A stretch of DNA of 64,000 bases from an archaeon (GTDB lineage: Archaea > Thermoproteota > Nitrososphaeria > Nitrososphaerales > Gagatemarchaeaceae), in contig JAJYWC010000005.1 of NCBI GenBank assembly GCA_021791695.1, forward strand, positions 696 through 64,695, given 5' to 3'. The notes under the pieces are model-generated. The model ran no database searches. It was not told the origin of the DNA and saw only the letters and a program-made list of their open reading frames with translations. Both the position numbers and the translations under genes were made by a program. Below are positions 44,024 through 52,936 of the stretch, piece by piece (within the stretch, counting starts at the first letter, position 1; each line of letters opens with the position of its first letter).

Positions 44024-44790
44024 AAGTACTTCTTGAGGACCTTGTCGAGGTTCGGAGAGGGCTTGTACGTTGCTACCTTGCTCTGGTAGAGGTTCTTCGA
44101 CTTCTTCAGGTCGGCGAACATCTCGCCGAACTTTATCCCCGCCTCGACAGCGTCCACGACCGGAGCGTCGACGTGTTTCCTGAGGTAGTCTGCGAGACCT
44201 GCGAAGCCGGCCGAGCCGTTGACAATGACATCCGCCCTGTCTTCCGAGACGGCCAGCCTCGCCTGGTCGAGCACCCTCTCGTAGATCTTCGCCATGGCGT
44301 TGCGCCCCATCATCTCGTCGAGGGGGATGTTCGCCGGTCTCACAGAGACGCAGAAGTCCTCGAGGTGGCGCTCCCTCACCATCCTGTCTATCCAGGACGC
44401 AATCTTGTTGTCGTACGTCATGATTGAGAAGCTCTGCCCCAGTACCTGCGCCATGAGCAGGCAAGCCTCGCCTATCCCAACGGCGGGGATGTCCAGCACT
44501 TCCTTGATTCCGTATTCGGCGTCGGTCGAGCCGACGCAGCCTATCACGACCGCGTCACATCCGTCCTTCTGCGCCTGCCTGGCGACCGGGATCATCGCGC
44601 TGAACATCTTCGGGTGGACGTACCAGTACGCCATCTCCGCCTCGTCGGGGAGGTCGTTCGGGAGCGCGTAGATCTTTACCGAGGTATCCGGCCTCTTCAC
44701 ACTGTCTATGGTCTCCCTGAGCGACTTGAAGAAAGCCGGATTGGCTTCCTTCTCGGATTCCTTACCCGGGAAGATGAAAGCGAGCTTCAT
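44020..44790 (-). CDS. Asp/Glu/hydantoin racemase-family protein
   Basis: 256 aa with DAVVIGCVGS and VIVNGSAGFAG (the two Cys/Ser-containing half-site motifs of the hydantoin-racemase-like family). Its stop overlaps the ALDH stop in a shared CTAG. Confidence 0.65.
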   Translation of the reverse strand: MKLAFIFPGKESEKEANPAFFKSLRETIDSVKRPDTSVKIYALPNDLPDEAEMAYWYVHPKMFSAMIPVARQAQKDGCDAVVIGCVGSTDAEYGIKEVLDIPAVGIGEACLLMAQVLGQSFSIMTYDNKIASWIDRMVRERHLEDFCVSVRPANIPLDEMMGRNAMAKIYERVLDQARLAVSEDRADVIVNGSAGFAGLADYLRKHVDAPVVDAVEAGIKFGEMFADLKKSKNLYQSKVATYKPSPNLDKVLKKYF

Positions 44791-44867
44791 TGGGCCCGCT
44801 CCCGCCCTCGCCGATTAAATGCTTTCCCGTCTCGCCGCTTCACGCCTGATTCTGCGCCCGAATCGCG

Positions 44868-44879
44868 AAAGATAGATTA
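44868..44879 (+). promoter_or_regulatory. TATA-like box upstream of ATG 44903
   Basis: AAAGATAGATTA, centred about 29 nt upstream of the ATG. A mirror box (CATTTAATC on the minus strand, 44813-44821) precedes the divergent racemase-like gene. Confidence 0.4.
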
Positions 44880-44902
44880 GAGGGAGAGGACGTACGCTCG
44901 AC

Positions 44903-47158
44903 ATGAGCACGAACGCCAAAACTCTGGCGATTGTTGGTTACGCGGACAGGCTTCGAGCCAGGCCGGGCGACACCCTGAACTTCATGGTGAGCAGCGAGCA
45001 TCCGAGGTACAAGGTCGAGATAGTGAGGCTCATCCACGGCGACCAGAACAAGGCTGGTCCGGGGTTCAAGTCGGAGACGTTGGAGGCGGACGCCGGCACC
45101 TACGAGGGCAGGGTCCAGGCATTCCACCACGGCTCCTGCATCGTCGTCCCCAACGCCCCCGCGCTCAGACGGCTCTCCAGTTTCACGATCCAGCTCTGGG
45201 TCTTTGCGACCACCTCAGAGAAGAAGGAGAGGGCCCTGGTCGTCCAGGGCTCCGACAGGAAGGGCTCCCAGTACGCGCTCTCGATCGGGCGGGATGGCAA
45301 GCTCACGCTACGCATCAGGGACGCGGCCGGAAAGACGGATGAGATAAGGGCGGAGAAGTCCATAGCCCCGTTCAATTGGTACTTCATCGCAGCCTCGTAC
45401 AGCCACCGCAGCTCCCGGGCCACGCTGGTCCAGCGTGTGATCCAGCCGGACCCCCGGAACGAGCTTGATTCCACGGTCCAGAAAGCCCTCAAGACGGGGA
45501 CGCTGGGAGCCAACGAATCTGACCTTTGTATGGCGGCGGTGCTCCAGAAGGACGGTTCGAAGCGGAAGTGCTTCAACGGCAAGCTCGACGGCGTGAAGGT
45601 CTTCTCGAGGGTCTTGTCCTCCGCCGAGCTCGAGGCACTGGATACGGCTTCCTGGACTAAAACTCCCGGGCTCGTGGGCGCCTGGGACTTTGCCCACGAC
45701 ACCCAGTCTAGCACGGTCAAGGACCTCTCGAAGAACAGGCTCCACGGGCAGGCGCTGAACTTCCCGACCAGGGCCGTGACCGGGCACAACTGGACAGGCG
45801 ACGTCCACGACTTCAGGCAGGCGCCGAGGGAATACAACGCGATTCACTTCCACGACGACGACCAGGGCCACGCTGGCTGGAAGGTTGACTTCCAGTACAG
45901 AGTACCCCCGGGGTTGAAGAGCGGGGTCTACGCCGCGCGCCTCTACGCGGGGTCCGACGAGGACTACGTGCCCTTCTTCGTCATCCCGCCAAGGGGCAGG
46001 CCGTCCGCCAAGATAGCATTCCTCGTCCCCACCTTCAGCTACATGGCCTACGGCAACGAGGAGACCCTCGTAACTGCCGGGACCGGCAAGAAGCTGGGGG
46101 TGGCGTCCGGGACCAGGTATCCCAGGCAGCCGCAGGATGTCTATATCGTGACGAACCGTCTGATGAGCGTCTACGACCATCACAGCGACGACAGCGGCGT
46201 CTGCTACGTCTCCAGCCTGAGGCCCATTCTGAACATGCGCCCCAAGTACAACATGCCCGGGCTCTGGGAGGGCAAGGGTGCCCCGCATCAGTTCAACGCC
46301 GACCTCCACCTTGTCGACTGGCTCGAGCAAAAGGGGTTCGAGTACGACGTCGTGACTGACGAGGACCTCCATCACGAGGGCGAAGCGGTGATTGCCCAGT
46401 ACAACCTGGTCATGACGGGTTCGCATCCCGAGTACTGGTCTGGCCGGATGCTTGACGCCATGCAGACCTACCTCAACGGCGGTGGGAGGCTGATGTACAT
46501 GGGAGGGAACGGCTTCTACTGGGTCACCCAGGTCAACCCTGAAGACCCCCACAACTTCGAGGTGAGGCGGTGGGGAGGCACTGGGACCTGGAACGCCAAG
46601 CCCGGAGAGTTCCACCTGAGCACCACGGGGGAGATGGGCGGTCTCTGGAGGAACAGGAACAGGACTCCCAACAAGATGCTCGGGGTCGGTTTCACCGCCC
46701 AGGGCTTCGACTCCAACCGTCCGTACACGCGTGAGAAGGACAGCTTCGACCCTAGGATGGCGTTCATCTTCAAGGGCATAGGGGCCAGGGAGGTCATAGG
46801 CGGGTTCCCGTCACTCGTCCAGAATGCGGGCGCCGCCGGCTTCGAGATAGACCGGCTGGACTTCTCGCTGGGCACCCCAGCGAACACCCTCCTCCTGGCC
46901 AGCGCAAAGGGGTTCAGCAACAGCTACCAGCACGTTCTGGAGGAGAACACCATGTCGGACGACAAACAGGGAGGTCAGTTCAACGAATTAGTCCGTGCCG
47001 ATATCGTCTACGTGCCCTATCCCAAAGGTGGCGCAGTCTTCTCCGTCGGCTCGATAGCCTGGTATGCGTCTCTATCGTACAACAGGTACGACAACAACGT
47101 CTCTCGACTCACAGAGAACGTGGTATCAAGGTTCGCCTCGGACAGACCGCTGCCTTAG
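44903..47158 (+). CDS. LamG-domain protein related to the N,N-dimethylformamidase large subunit
   Basis: 751 aa. N-terminal beta-sandwich plus LamG-like module (FTIQLWVFA..., NWYFIAASY, FNGKLDGVKVFSRVLSSAELEAL), then a large domain (FLVPTFSYMAYGNE, HLVDWLE, YDVVTDEDLH, MTGSHPEYWS, GGRLMYMGGNGFYW, RWGG) resembling DMFase beta-subunit-like proteins as I remember them. Confidence 0.6.
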   Translation: MSTNAKTLAIVGYADRLRARPGDTLNFMVSSEHPRYKVEIVRLIHGDQNKAGPGFKSETLEADAGTYEGRVQAFHHGSCIVVPNAPALRRLSSFTIQLWVFATTSEKKERALVVQGSDRKGSQYALSIGRDGKLTLRIRDAAGKTDEIRAEKSIAPFNWYFIAASYSHRSSRATLVQRVIQPDPRNELDSTVQKALKTGTLGANESDLCMAAVLQKDGSKRKCFNGKLDGVKVFSRVLSSAELEALDTASWTKTPGLVGAWDFAHDTQSSTVKDLSKNRLHGQALNFPTRAVTGHNWTGDVHDFRQAPREYNAIHFHDDDQGHAGWKVDFQYRVPPGLKSGVYAARLYAGSDEDYVPFFVIPPRGRPSAKIAFLVPTFSYMAYGNEETLVTAGTGKKLGVASGTRYPRQPQDVYIVTNRLMSVYDHHSDDSGVCYVSSLRPILNMRPKYNMPGLWEGKGAPHQFNADLHLVDWLEQKGFEYDVVTDEDLHHEGEAVIAQYNLVMTGSHPEYWSGRMLDAMQTYLNGGGRLMYMGGNGFYWVTQVNPEDPHNFEVRRWGGTGTWNAKPGEFHLSTTGEMGGLWRNRNRTPNKMLGVGFTAQGFDSNRPYTREKDSFDPRMAFIFKGIGAREVIGGFPSLVQNAGAAGFEIDRLDFSLGTPANTLLLASAKGFSNSYQHVLEENTMSDDKQGGQFNELVRADIVYVPYPKGGAVFSVGSIAWYASLSYNRYDNNVSRLTENVVSRFASDRPLP

Positions 47159-47186
47159 GCGGCCTCGGGCTGGGGAGCGATGCCTC

Positions 47187-49346
47187 TTGAACAAGCCTGA
47201 GCGCGTCCCGGCGGGCGTCCAGCTCGTCCCGTACCCCCGGGAGGTCAAGCGAACGCCCGGAAGGACCATCCTGACCGCGTCGGCGGCCATCGAGCTCTCC
47301 CCGAGACCGGACGCGCGACTGAAGTTGGCTTCTGAGATGGTGCGAAGGAAGCTCGAAGGTGCTGGCGACGGGACTTCGGCCGGGGTGAGGTTGGCGTCGC
47401 TCTCCGCCCTCGGCTCGAAGAGCGCGTGGCTCGATGAAGGACTGCGAAGGTTTCTCGAGGAGGCGGACGACGATGGTGCCTACGTCCTCAGCGTCGGCGG
47501 CGGAGGCGTGGTCGTTGTGGGGAGGACGTCACTAGGCGCGTTGTACGGAATCCAGACCCTCCTGCAGCTCATGGAGCGGAAGGATGCAGGCTACTCCATT
47601 CAGAATCTCGAGGTCAGGGACTTTCCGGCGGTGAAGGACCGATACCTGGCCATCGCAATGTCGTGGTACGCCGGCTATGGCAGGGTGGGCTTCGGTTCTC
47701 AGCTCTGGGGGCGCGAGCAGTGGTTCTGGTTCATCGACTGGTGCGTTGAGCATAAGGTGAACGGGGTGAACATCTGCATGTACGGATACTACCCCTTCAG
47801 GTTCGATGAGTACCCCGAGACGGTCTTCAGGGACGTCGAGGCGACCACCTGGCTCCAGGAGGCGGGGAGAGAGGCCAAGGTCCTCTACACCCACCCCAAC
47901 GTCGCCGACGAGTTCCTTCCGGAGCTGATCCGATACGCCAACCTCCGGGGCATCACGGTCCTGTGCTACCTGGGTCTGAACACCTTCAATGGAGGATACG
48001 CCCTCGCCCATCCCGAGAGCCGGTACCAGTCCGATGACCCCACGAAGTTCCGCCAGTTCATGTACAACCTCTGCCCGAGCCGTCCGGACGTCAGGAGGTT
48101 CTTCGACGCCACCATCCGGAAGCTCCTCCAGATGGGATTCAACGGTATACTGCTAGAGGAGAGCGAGGGGAGCGGCTTCTGCGAGTGCGACTCGTGCAGG
48201 AAGGCTTACTATGGGAAGGACGGGGATTCCCGGAGCGCGCTCCACAAGGCAGACTACGAGCTGTTCAACCGGCTGTATTCGGTGGCGAAGGGGGAGAAGA
48301 AGGACGCCGTCATCGGTATCAGGGCCTGGAGGATGGGGTCCGAGACGGGGGCGGACGACCTCAGGGAGGGCAAGAAGCAGGTGCCCGCCGATACGCTTGT
48401 CTACTGGTCCAACGGGATGGACCCAAGAAAGTTCGACGGTTGGGTTGAGGTATTCGGGCCCGACCGGATAGCCGGCCAGGACGCAGAGTGCCTCGGGTTC
48501 TCGACCCTCTACGACGGGCTGGTCTACATGTTCCCGCGGCAGTACGCAAGCTACGTCAAGTTCGTCAACCCCGGCTACAGGCCGGAGTACCCCCAGTCCC
48601 TCGAGATGGACGTCAGGCAGTATCGTCTGGCCGCCGAGCACCGTTGCAGGGGTGTACTGGGCTACGCCTTCAACTGGAACGGATGGGAGCTCGCCCCCCT
48701 TTCCCTGTCCCAGTACGGATGGAACCCGGGTGCCTTCTCCCTGTCCGACTTTGTCCGGTACGGCTACCTCCACCAGTTCGGGAAGGCAGGGGGTGACGTC
48801 GCCAGGGCGGTCTGGGACCTCCCCCTCGTCCTAGAGACCAGGATCTGTGAGGGCGCTACCTTCGTCCCCCGCGATGACCCGGTAAGTGGAGGTCTCGCGG
48901 GCCTCACTTCCCTCCAGGTCCCCACCCGGTTCGGCGAGGGAAGAGGCGAGGAGAAGGCGCTCGAGGCGGACCTCGTCAAGGCCAGAGCGTCTCTCCGACT
49001 TCTCCTGGGTATCGACGGTCGAGGAATGACGGAACAGAACCGCATAACCCTCTCCTACCTCAGGCACGCGGCCGAACGGACGACGTACATCTGTCAGGCA
49101 GCTCTCGAGTACAGGAAGGCTGTGGCCGCCGAACGATCCGGCTCCTCCAAGGACCTTACCCTGCAGCACTTCAAGGGCGCCCTGGAATGGACGCTCGAGG
49201 ACTACAGGGTGGTGCGGGAGAGCGCCTTCGACCTGAAGGAGGAATTCCACTCGAGGATCCTCAGGGCAATAGATACAATATCTGGGAGGATCGCCAAGTA
49301 CGACAAGTCTCGCCCTGCCGGACCCCGCCCGAAGAAGGTGCGTTAG
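47187..49346 (+). CDS. Putative cytoplasmic glycosidase-like protein: GH20b-type N-terminal domain plus a TIM-barrel-like region with a CxCxxC motif (DUF4838-like, from memory)
   Basis: VQLVPYPREVKRTPG and GALYGIQTLLQLM (GH20b/GH67N-like), VRDFPAVKDRYL and LLEESEGSGFCECDSCRKAYYG. No signal peptide. In-frame TTG 47187 is preferred, because the track start 47064 overlaps the upstream gene by 95 nt. Confidence 0.5.
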   Translation: MNKPERVPAGVQLVPYPREVKRTPGRTILTASAAIELSPRPDARLKLASEMVRRKLEGAGDGTSAGVRLASLSALGSKSAWLDEGLRRFLEEADDDGAYVLSVGGGGVVVVGRTSLGALYGIQTLLQLMERKDAGYSIQNLEVRDFPAVKDRYLAIAMSWYAGYGRVGFGSQLWGREQWFWFIDWCVEHKVNGVNICMYGYYPFRFDEYPETVFRDVEATTWLQEAGREAKVLYTHPNVADEFLPELIRYANLRGITVLCYLGLNTFNGGYALAHPESRYQSDDPTKFRQFMYNLCPSRPDVRRFFDATIRKLLQMGFNGILLEESEGSGFCECDSCRKAYYGKDGDSRSALHKADYELFNRLYSVAKGEKKDAVIGIRAWRMGSETGADDLREGKKQVPADTLVYWSNGMDPRKFDGWVEVFGPDRIAGQDAECLGFSTLYDGLVYMFPRQYASYVKFVNPGYRPEYPQSLEMDVRQYRLAAEHRCRGVLGYAFNWNGWELAPLSLSQYGWNPGAFSLSDFVRYGYLHQFGKAGGDVARAVWDLPLVLETRICEGATFVPRDDPVSGGLAGLTSLQVPTRFGEGRGEEKALEADLVKARASLRLLLGIDGRGMTEQNRITLSYLRHAAERTTYICQAALEYRKAVAAERSGSSKDLTLQHFKGALEWTLEDYRVVRESAFDLKEEFHSRILRAIDTISGRIAKYDKSRPAGPRPKKVR

Positions 49347-49476
49347 CCCAGCCGGAAGCAATCCCTTTCTCGCATCTTTGAATATTTATGCAAAAACTAA
49401 GATTGTATCCAAATCTACTACTTTTCTGCTACCTCGGTAGACATAAATATCCGCCGTCATCTTCTGGTGGACTATA

Positions 49477-51081
49477 TTGAACGGCTCAGAGGATAACACA
49501 TCGGGTATACGGAAAGCTGCTCGCAAGAGCAATAACGCGGGAGAAGATGCGATACGGCAGTACATGAACAACAGAGTGTCGAGAAGGGCCGCTATGGGCA
49601 CCGGTGCCAAGGTTGGCATCGGAGTCGTAGTCGCTGCCATCGCTGGCGTGGGCATTTACGAGGCCTATGCGGCTAGTCAGGGCACAAGCACTACTTCGAC
49701 TACTTCCTCTCAGCAGACGACCACCACGAGCAGCCAACAGACAACTTCAAGCCAACAGGCGACATCCAGCCAACAGACAACTTCAAGCCAGGCGAGCAGC
49801 AGTAACAACCTGACCTTCGTCCACTGGAGCTTCGAGAACGCCCAGATCACCCAGTACGTTAAGACGTTCGACACAGAGTTCAACTATAACACGACCGAGG
49901 ACGTGCTCGACAACAACAACTACAACCCGCTCATCGAGTCGTTGTTCGCCACAGGCACGAAAGTCGATATGAACTACGCCAACGGTTACGAGGTACCTAG
50001 ACTGATCGATCTGGGCTATTGCCAGGACTTCACCAACTTCCCGAACATCTCCACCATCGCGTCCGAGATGTACCCCACCATCGTCGAGTCACTGAGCACC
50101 GCAGCGGGCGTGCAGTACGGCCTGTGCTACTACTGGTCGAACAGGCCATGGTGCACGGTCGATGATTACAATCTGAACAAGACGCCCCTGGCGGGCCAGA
50201 GGCCCGTATCTTGGACCGACCTCTGGACCCAGTCTGGGCCCGCGGTAGTCAAGGCCGGAGTCGTCCAGTATCCGTGCATGCCAAACTGGTTCGCGGCGAA
50301 CTACGGCATCGGCTGGGACTTCATGGGCGAGATGCAGAACGCGAACAACGATCCGACCGGAGTGCACGTGCTCTTCAACGAGAGCTTCGAGCCAGTCTTC
50401 GACACCACTGGCCCGGCAGCGGACCTGCTCACCCAGTGGGCTAGCGCCACGAAAGGCGGCGTCGTCGACCCGGCGGTCTTCTCGCAGGCGAGCGAGAGCG
50501 ACACAGTCGCCGCCGGAAGCACTAACAACTACGCCTATGTCACGACCGCATTCTACGACTGGCAGTCGCTGAACGAGCCGAGCACCTCCAACATCCCGGT
50601 GGGAGACTCGAACCTTTGCCCGCCGACCTCGCAGCAGGCCGGATGGGGACAGATCGAGACAGGAGTCTACTGCTGGCCTGTGAAGAACAACAACGCTACC
50701 GGCGCAACCGAGATGATCTCATGGTTCGGATATGAGGACCCGACGACCGGCAAGAGAGTCACCCAGCCAGAATGGGCGATCGAAGCCGCTCTCGGTTCCG
50801 GATTCCCTGATACCCTCGAAGACCCCAACGTCATCGCGGGATACCAGGCATGGCTCGGAAGCCGCACCACCTCCGTTCTGAACATTGTGCAGCAGAACAC
50901 GACAGCGATTGGAACTCCGTACGCTTGGAAGTCGCTGGCATTCGTGCCCTGGCTAGACACCATCTACCCTGTCCTAGGCTCAGTGGCGTCAGGGGTCCTC
51001 GGCGTAAGCGCAGGACTCACGACGATGCTGAACGTAGCCAACTCGCAGTACAACACGTACAACGGAACCTCCTCGACCTGA
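49477..51081 (+). CDS. ABC-transporter substrate-binding protein (family 1, CUT1 sugar type), membrane-anchored with a Ser/Thr/Gln stalk
   Basis: SRRAAMGTGAKVGIGVVVAAIAGVGIY (RR-containing signal/anchor), a TSSQQTT-repeat stalk, then about 430 aa. Immediately followed by MalF/MalG-type permeases. Confidence 0.7.
   Translation: MNGSEDNTSGIRKAARKSNNAGEDAIRQYMNNRVSRRAAMGTGAKVGIGVVVAAIAGVGIYEAYAASQGTSTTSTTSSQQTTTTSSQQTTSSQQATSSQQTTSSQASSSNNLTFVHWSFENAQITQYVKTFDTEFNYNTTEDVLDNNNYNPLIESLFATGTKVDMNYANGYEVPRLIDLGYCQDFTNFPNISTIASEMYPTIVESLSTAAGVQYGLCYYWSNRPWCTVDDYNLNKTPLAGQRPVSWTDLWTQSGPAVVKAGVVQYPCMPNWFAANYGIGWDFMGEMQNANNDPTGVHVLFNESFEPVFDTTGPAADLLTQWASATKGGVVDPAVFSQASESDTVAAGSTNNYAYVTTAFYDWQSLNEPSTSNIPVGDSNLCPPTSQQAGWGQIETGVYCWPVKNNNATGATEMISWFGYEDPTTGKRVTQPEWAIEAALGSGFPDTLEDPNVIAGYQAWLGSRTTSVLNIVQQNTTAIGTPYAWKSLAFVPWLDTIYPVLGSVASGVLGVSAGLTTMLNVANSQYNTYNGTSST
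49732..49803 (+). repeat. Four tandem 18-bp units encoding the SQQTTS-type stalk
   Basis: AGCCAACAGACAACTTCA / AGCCAACAGGCGACATCC / AGCCAACAGACAACTTCA / AGCCAGGCGAGCAGCAGT. Units 1 and 3 are identical. Confidence 0.8.
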
Positions 51082-51126
51082 TGCGCCTAGGTACAAGATA
51101 CAGCAGGAATAGAAAAGAGCATCACG

Positions 51127-51987
51127 ATGGCCGATACCCCAACGGGTCTCGCTCTCGTCCTGCCCCTTATTATTCTCGAGTTCGTCGTCGCTCTGTACCC
51201 GATGGGGTATTCTTTCTGGCTAAGCATCCATAACGCAGGTCTTATTGGAGGAATCCAACAGTACGTGGGCCTTGCGAACTACGCCAAGGTCTTCACGGAC
51301 CCGTTCGTGGTCGACGCGACCATGGTCTCTCTGCGTTTCGTTGCTGAGGTCGTCGCGCTCGTCTTCTTCATCGGCATGGGCCTGGCCCTGCTGCTCAACG
51401 AGCCTCTGCCCGGACGTTCCTTCCTGAAGGTCATCATCATTATCCCCTGGGCGCTCTCGGAGTTCGCCATGGCCATCGCGGGAAGATTCTTCCTCGACTC
51501 GGGCTACGGCTTTCTCAACTCCATACTCCTCGACCTGCACCTCGAAAAGTACGGCTTTCTGTTCCTGGACCAGCAGAACTCGGTAGAATGGATGTCGATA
51601 TTCTACGCGTGGAACTTCGCCCCAATTGGCGCGTTCTTCATCCTGTCCTCTCTCCAGACCATCCCTGAGGACCTGTACAAGGCCGCGAAGATGGACGGGG
51701 CATCGATATTCAGCAGGTTCCGGAAGGTCACGTTCCCGTACGTCCGGTACTCGGTCCTCATCACACTGGTCCTAGCCACCATCCAGGCGGCGGGATCGGT
51801 CGTCACCGCGTTCACCCTCACGGGCGGAGGTCCGGGTAACGCTTCTGAACCCATCACGCTCTACGCCTTCACCGTCTTCTTTGACGAGGGCAACTACGGC
51901 TACGGTTCAGCGATATCATGGCTCACCCTCGCGTGCATCGCCGTCGCGACCACAAGCTACTTCTTGCTACTGGCGAGGAGAAAGTAG
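51127..51987 (+). CDS. ABC sugar-transporter permease (MalF/UgpA-like)
   Basis: 286 aa, 6 TM segments, EAA-loop region EDLYKAAKMDGASIFSRFRKVTFPYV. Confidence 0.8.
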   Translation: MADTPTGLALVLPLIILEFVVALYPMGYSFWLSIHNAGLIGGIQQYVGLANYAKVFTDPFVVDATMVSLRFVAEVVALVFFIGMGLALLLNEPLPGRSFLKVIIIIPWALSEFAMAIAGRFFLDSGYGFLNSILLDLHLEKYGFLFLDQQNSVEWMSIFYAWNFAPIGAFFILSSLQTIPEDLYKAAKMDGASIFSRFRKVTFPYVRYSVLITLVLATIQAAGSVVTAFTLTGGGPGNASEPITLYAFTVFFDEGNYGYGSAISWLTLACIAVATTSYFLLLARRK

Positions 51988-52863
51988 ATGGTATCGACCC
52001 GCAGAAAGTGCACGCTCTACTTCCTGGCTCTAGTGGCGGTGGTCTGGAGCATCTCGCCCGTCTACGAGATGTTCAGTGCCTCGTTCATGAATCCCAAGGA
52101 GCTCATATCGCACAACCTCTTCCCTCCGACCCCGAACATCAACAACTACCTGCGGCTTTTCGGGTTCATCACCACGACGGCGGGGGGACAGATCTTCGGC
52201 CTAACAGCGCAGGTCGACGAAGGACTGACGAACAGCGCGATCGTCGCTATCCTCGTCATGACGATCACGATGGCGGCCACCATCCCTGCAGGCTACGCCC
52301 TCGGAAGGCTGAGGCTCAGAGGAAGGACCGCCATGGTGGGGCTGCTGCTGGGGAGCAGGACGCTCCCTCCAGTCTCCGTAGCCCTGCCGTACTACTTCTA
52401 CTTCACGGCCCTCCACATCAGGGGTACCATCATCGGTGTTACGATCATACAAATGAGCATCACCATCCCGCTCGTCGCATGGGTCCTGATGGGCTTCTTC
52501 AGCGCCCTGCCTAGGGACATAGAGATGTCAGCGAGGATGGACGGCTGCACCAGGTTCCAGGCCTTCAGGAGAGCCCTCCTCCCGCTCGCCGCCCCGGGTA
52601 TCGCTGCGAGCGCCGTCATCGCCTTCCTCTTCTCCTGGAACGACTTCTTCTACAGCTGGCTCATTTCGAGCGGCAGTCCGGCGCAGACGTTCAACACCTC
52701 GCTCACGGCGTTCCTCGGTCAGGCATCCGGAAGCGCGCCCGACCCGACGATCTTCGCGGCGGCGGTCGTCGTCCAGGTCGTCGTGGCCATAGTGGTAGCC
52801 GGCATACTGCAGAAGTACATCACCAGCCTCAAGATCATCGATCCAGGGACCGTGGCTCAGTAA
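51988..52863 (+). CDS. ABC sugar-transporter permease (MalG/UgpE-like), copy 1
   Basis: 291 aa, EAA loop DIEMSARMDGCTRFQAFRRALLPLAAPG. The ATG directly follows the upstream stop. Confidence 0.8.
   Translation: MVSTRRKCTLYFLALVAVVWSISPVYEMFSASFMNPKELISHNLFPPTPNINNYLRLFGFITTTAGGQIFGLTAQVDEGLTNSAIVAILVMTITMAATIPAGYALGRLRLRGRTAMVGLLLGSRTLPPVSVALPYYFYFTALHIRGTIIGVTIIQMSITIPLVAWVLMGFFSALPRDIEMSARMDGCTRFQAFRRALLPLAAPGIAASAVIAFLFSWNDFFYSWLISSGSPAQTFNTSLTAFLGQASGSAPDPTIFAAAVVVQVVVAIVVAGILQKYITSLKIIDPGTVAQ
52502..52645 (+). repeat. 144-bp tract identical to 53430..53573
   Basis: Checked base by base: GCGCCCTGCCTAGGGACATAGAG...TCTCCTGGAACGACT is identical in both permease paralogues. Flanking sequence diverges immediately on both sides. 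Confidence 0.9.
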
Positions 52864-52936
52864 GTCCCAAGTGAGGGCCGTGGGCCTTCAGCAAGAAGAT
52901 AGATAACGCCTACCGCCATCGGGTTTCCGCTCGGTC

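Noticed and set aside
45308-46615. A 435-aa minus-strand ORF; similar cases are 59014..60468 (+), 21500..22420 (-), 15929..16789 (+), 43808..44464 (-), 61735..62667 (-) and 63006..63923 (+)
   Set aside because: All are antisense shadows of genes with strong family signatures, and all have Arg/Pro/His/Gly/Asp-rich composition typical of out-of-phase translation.
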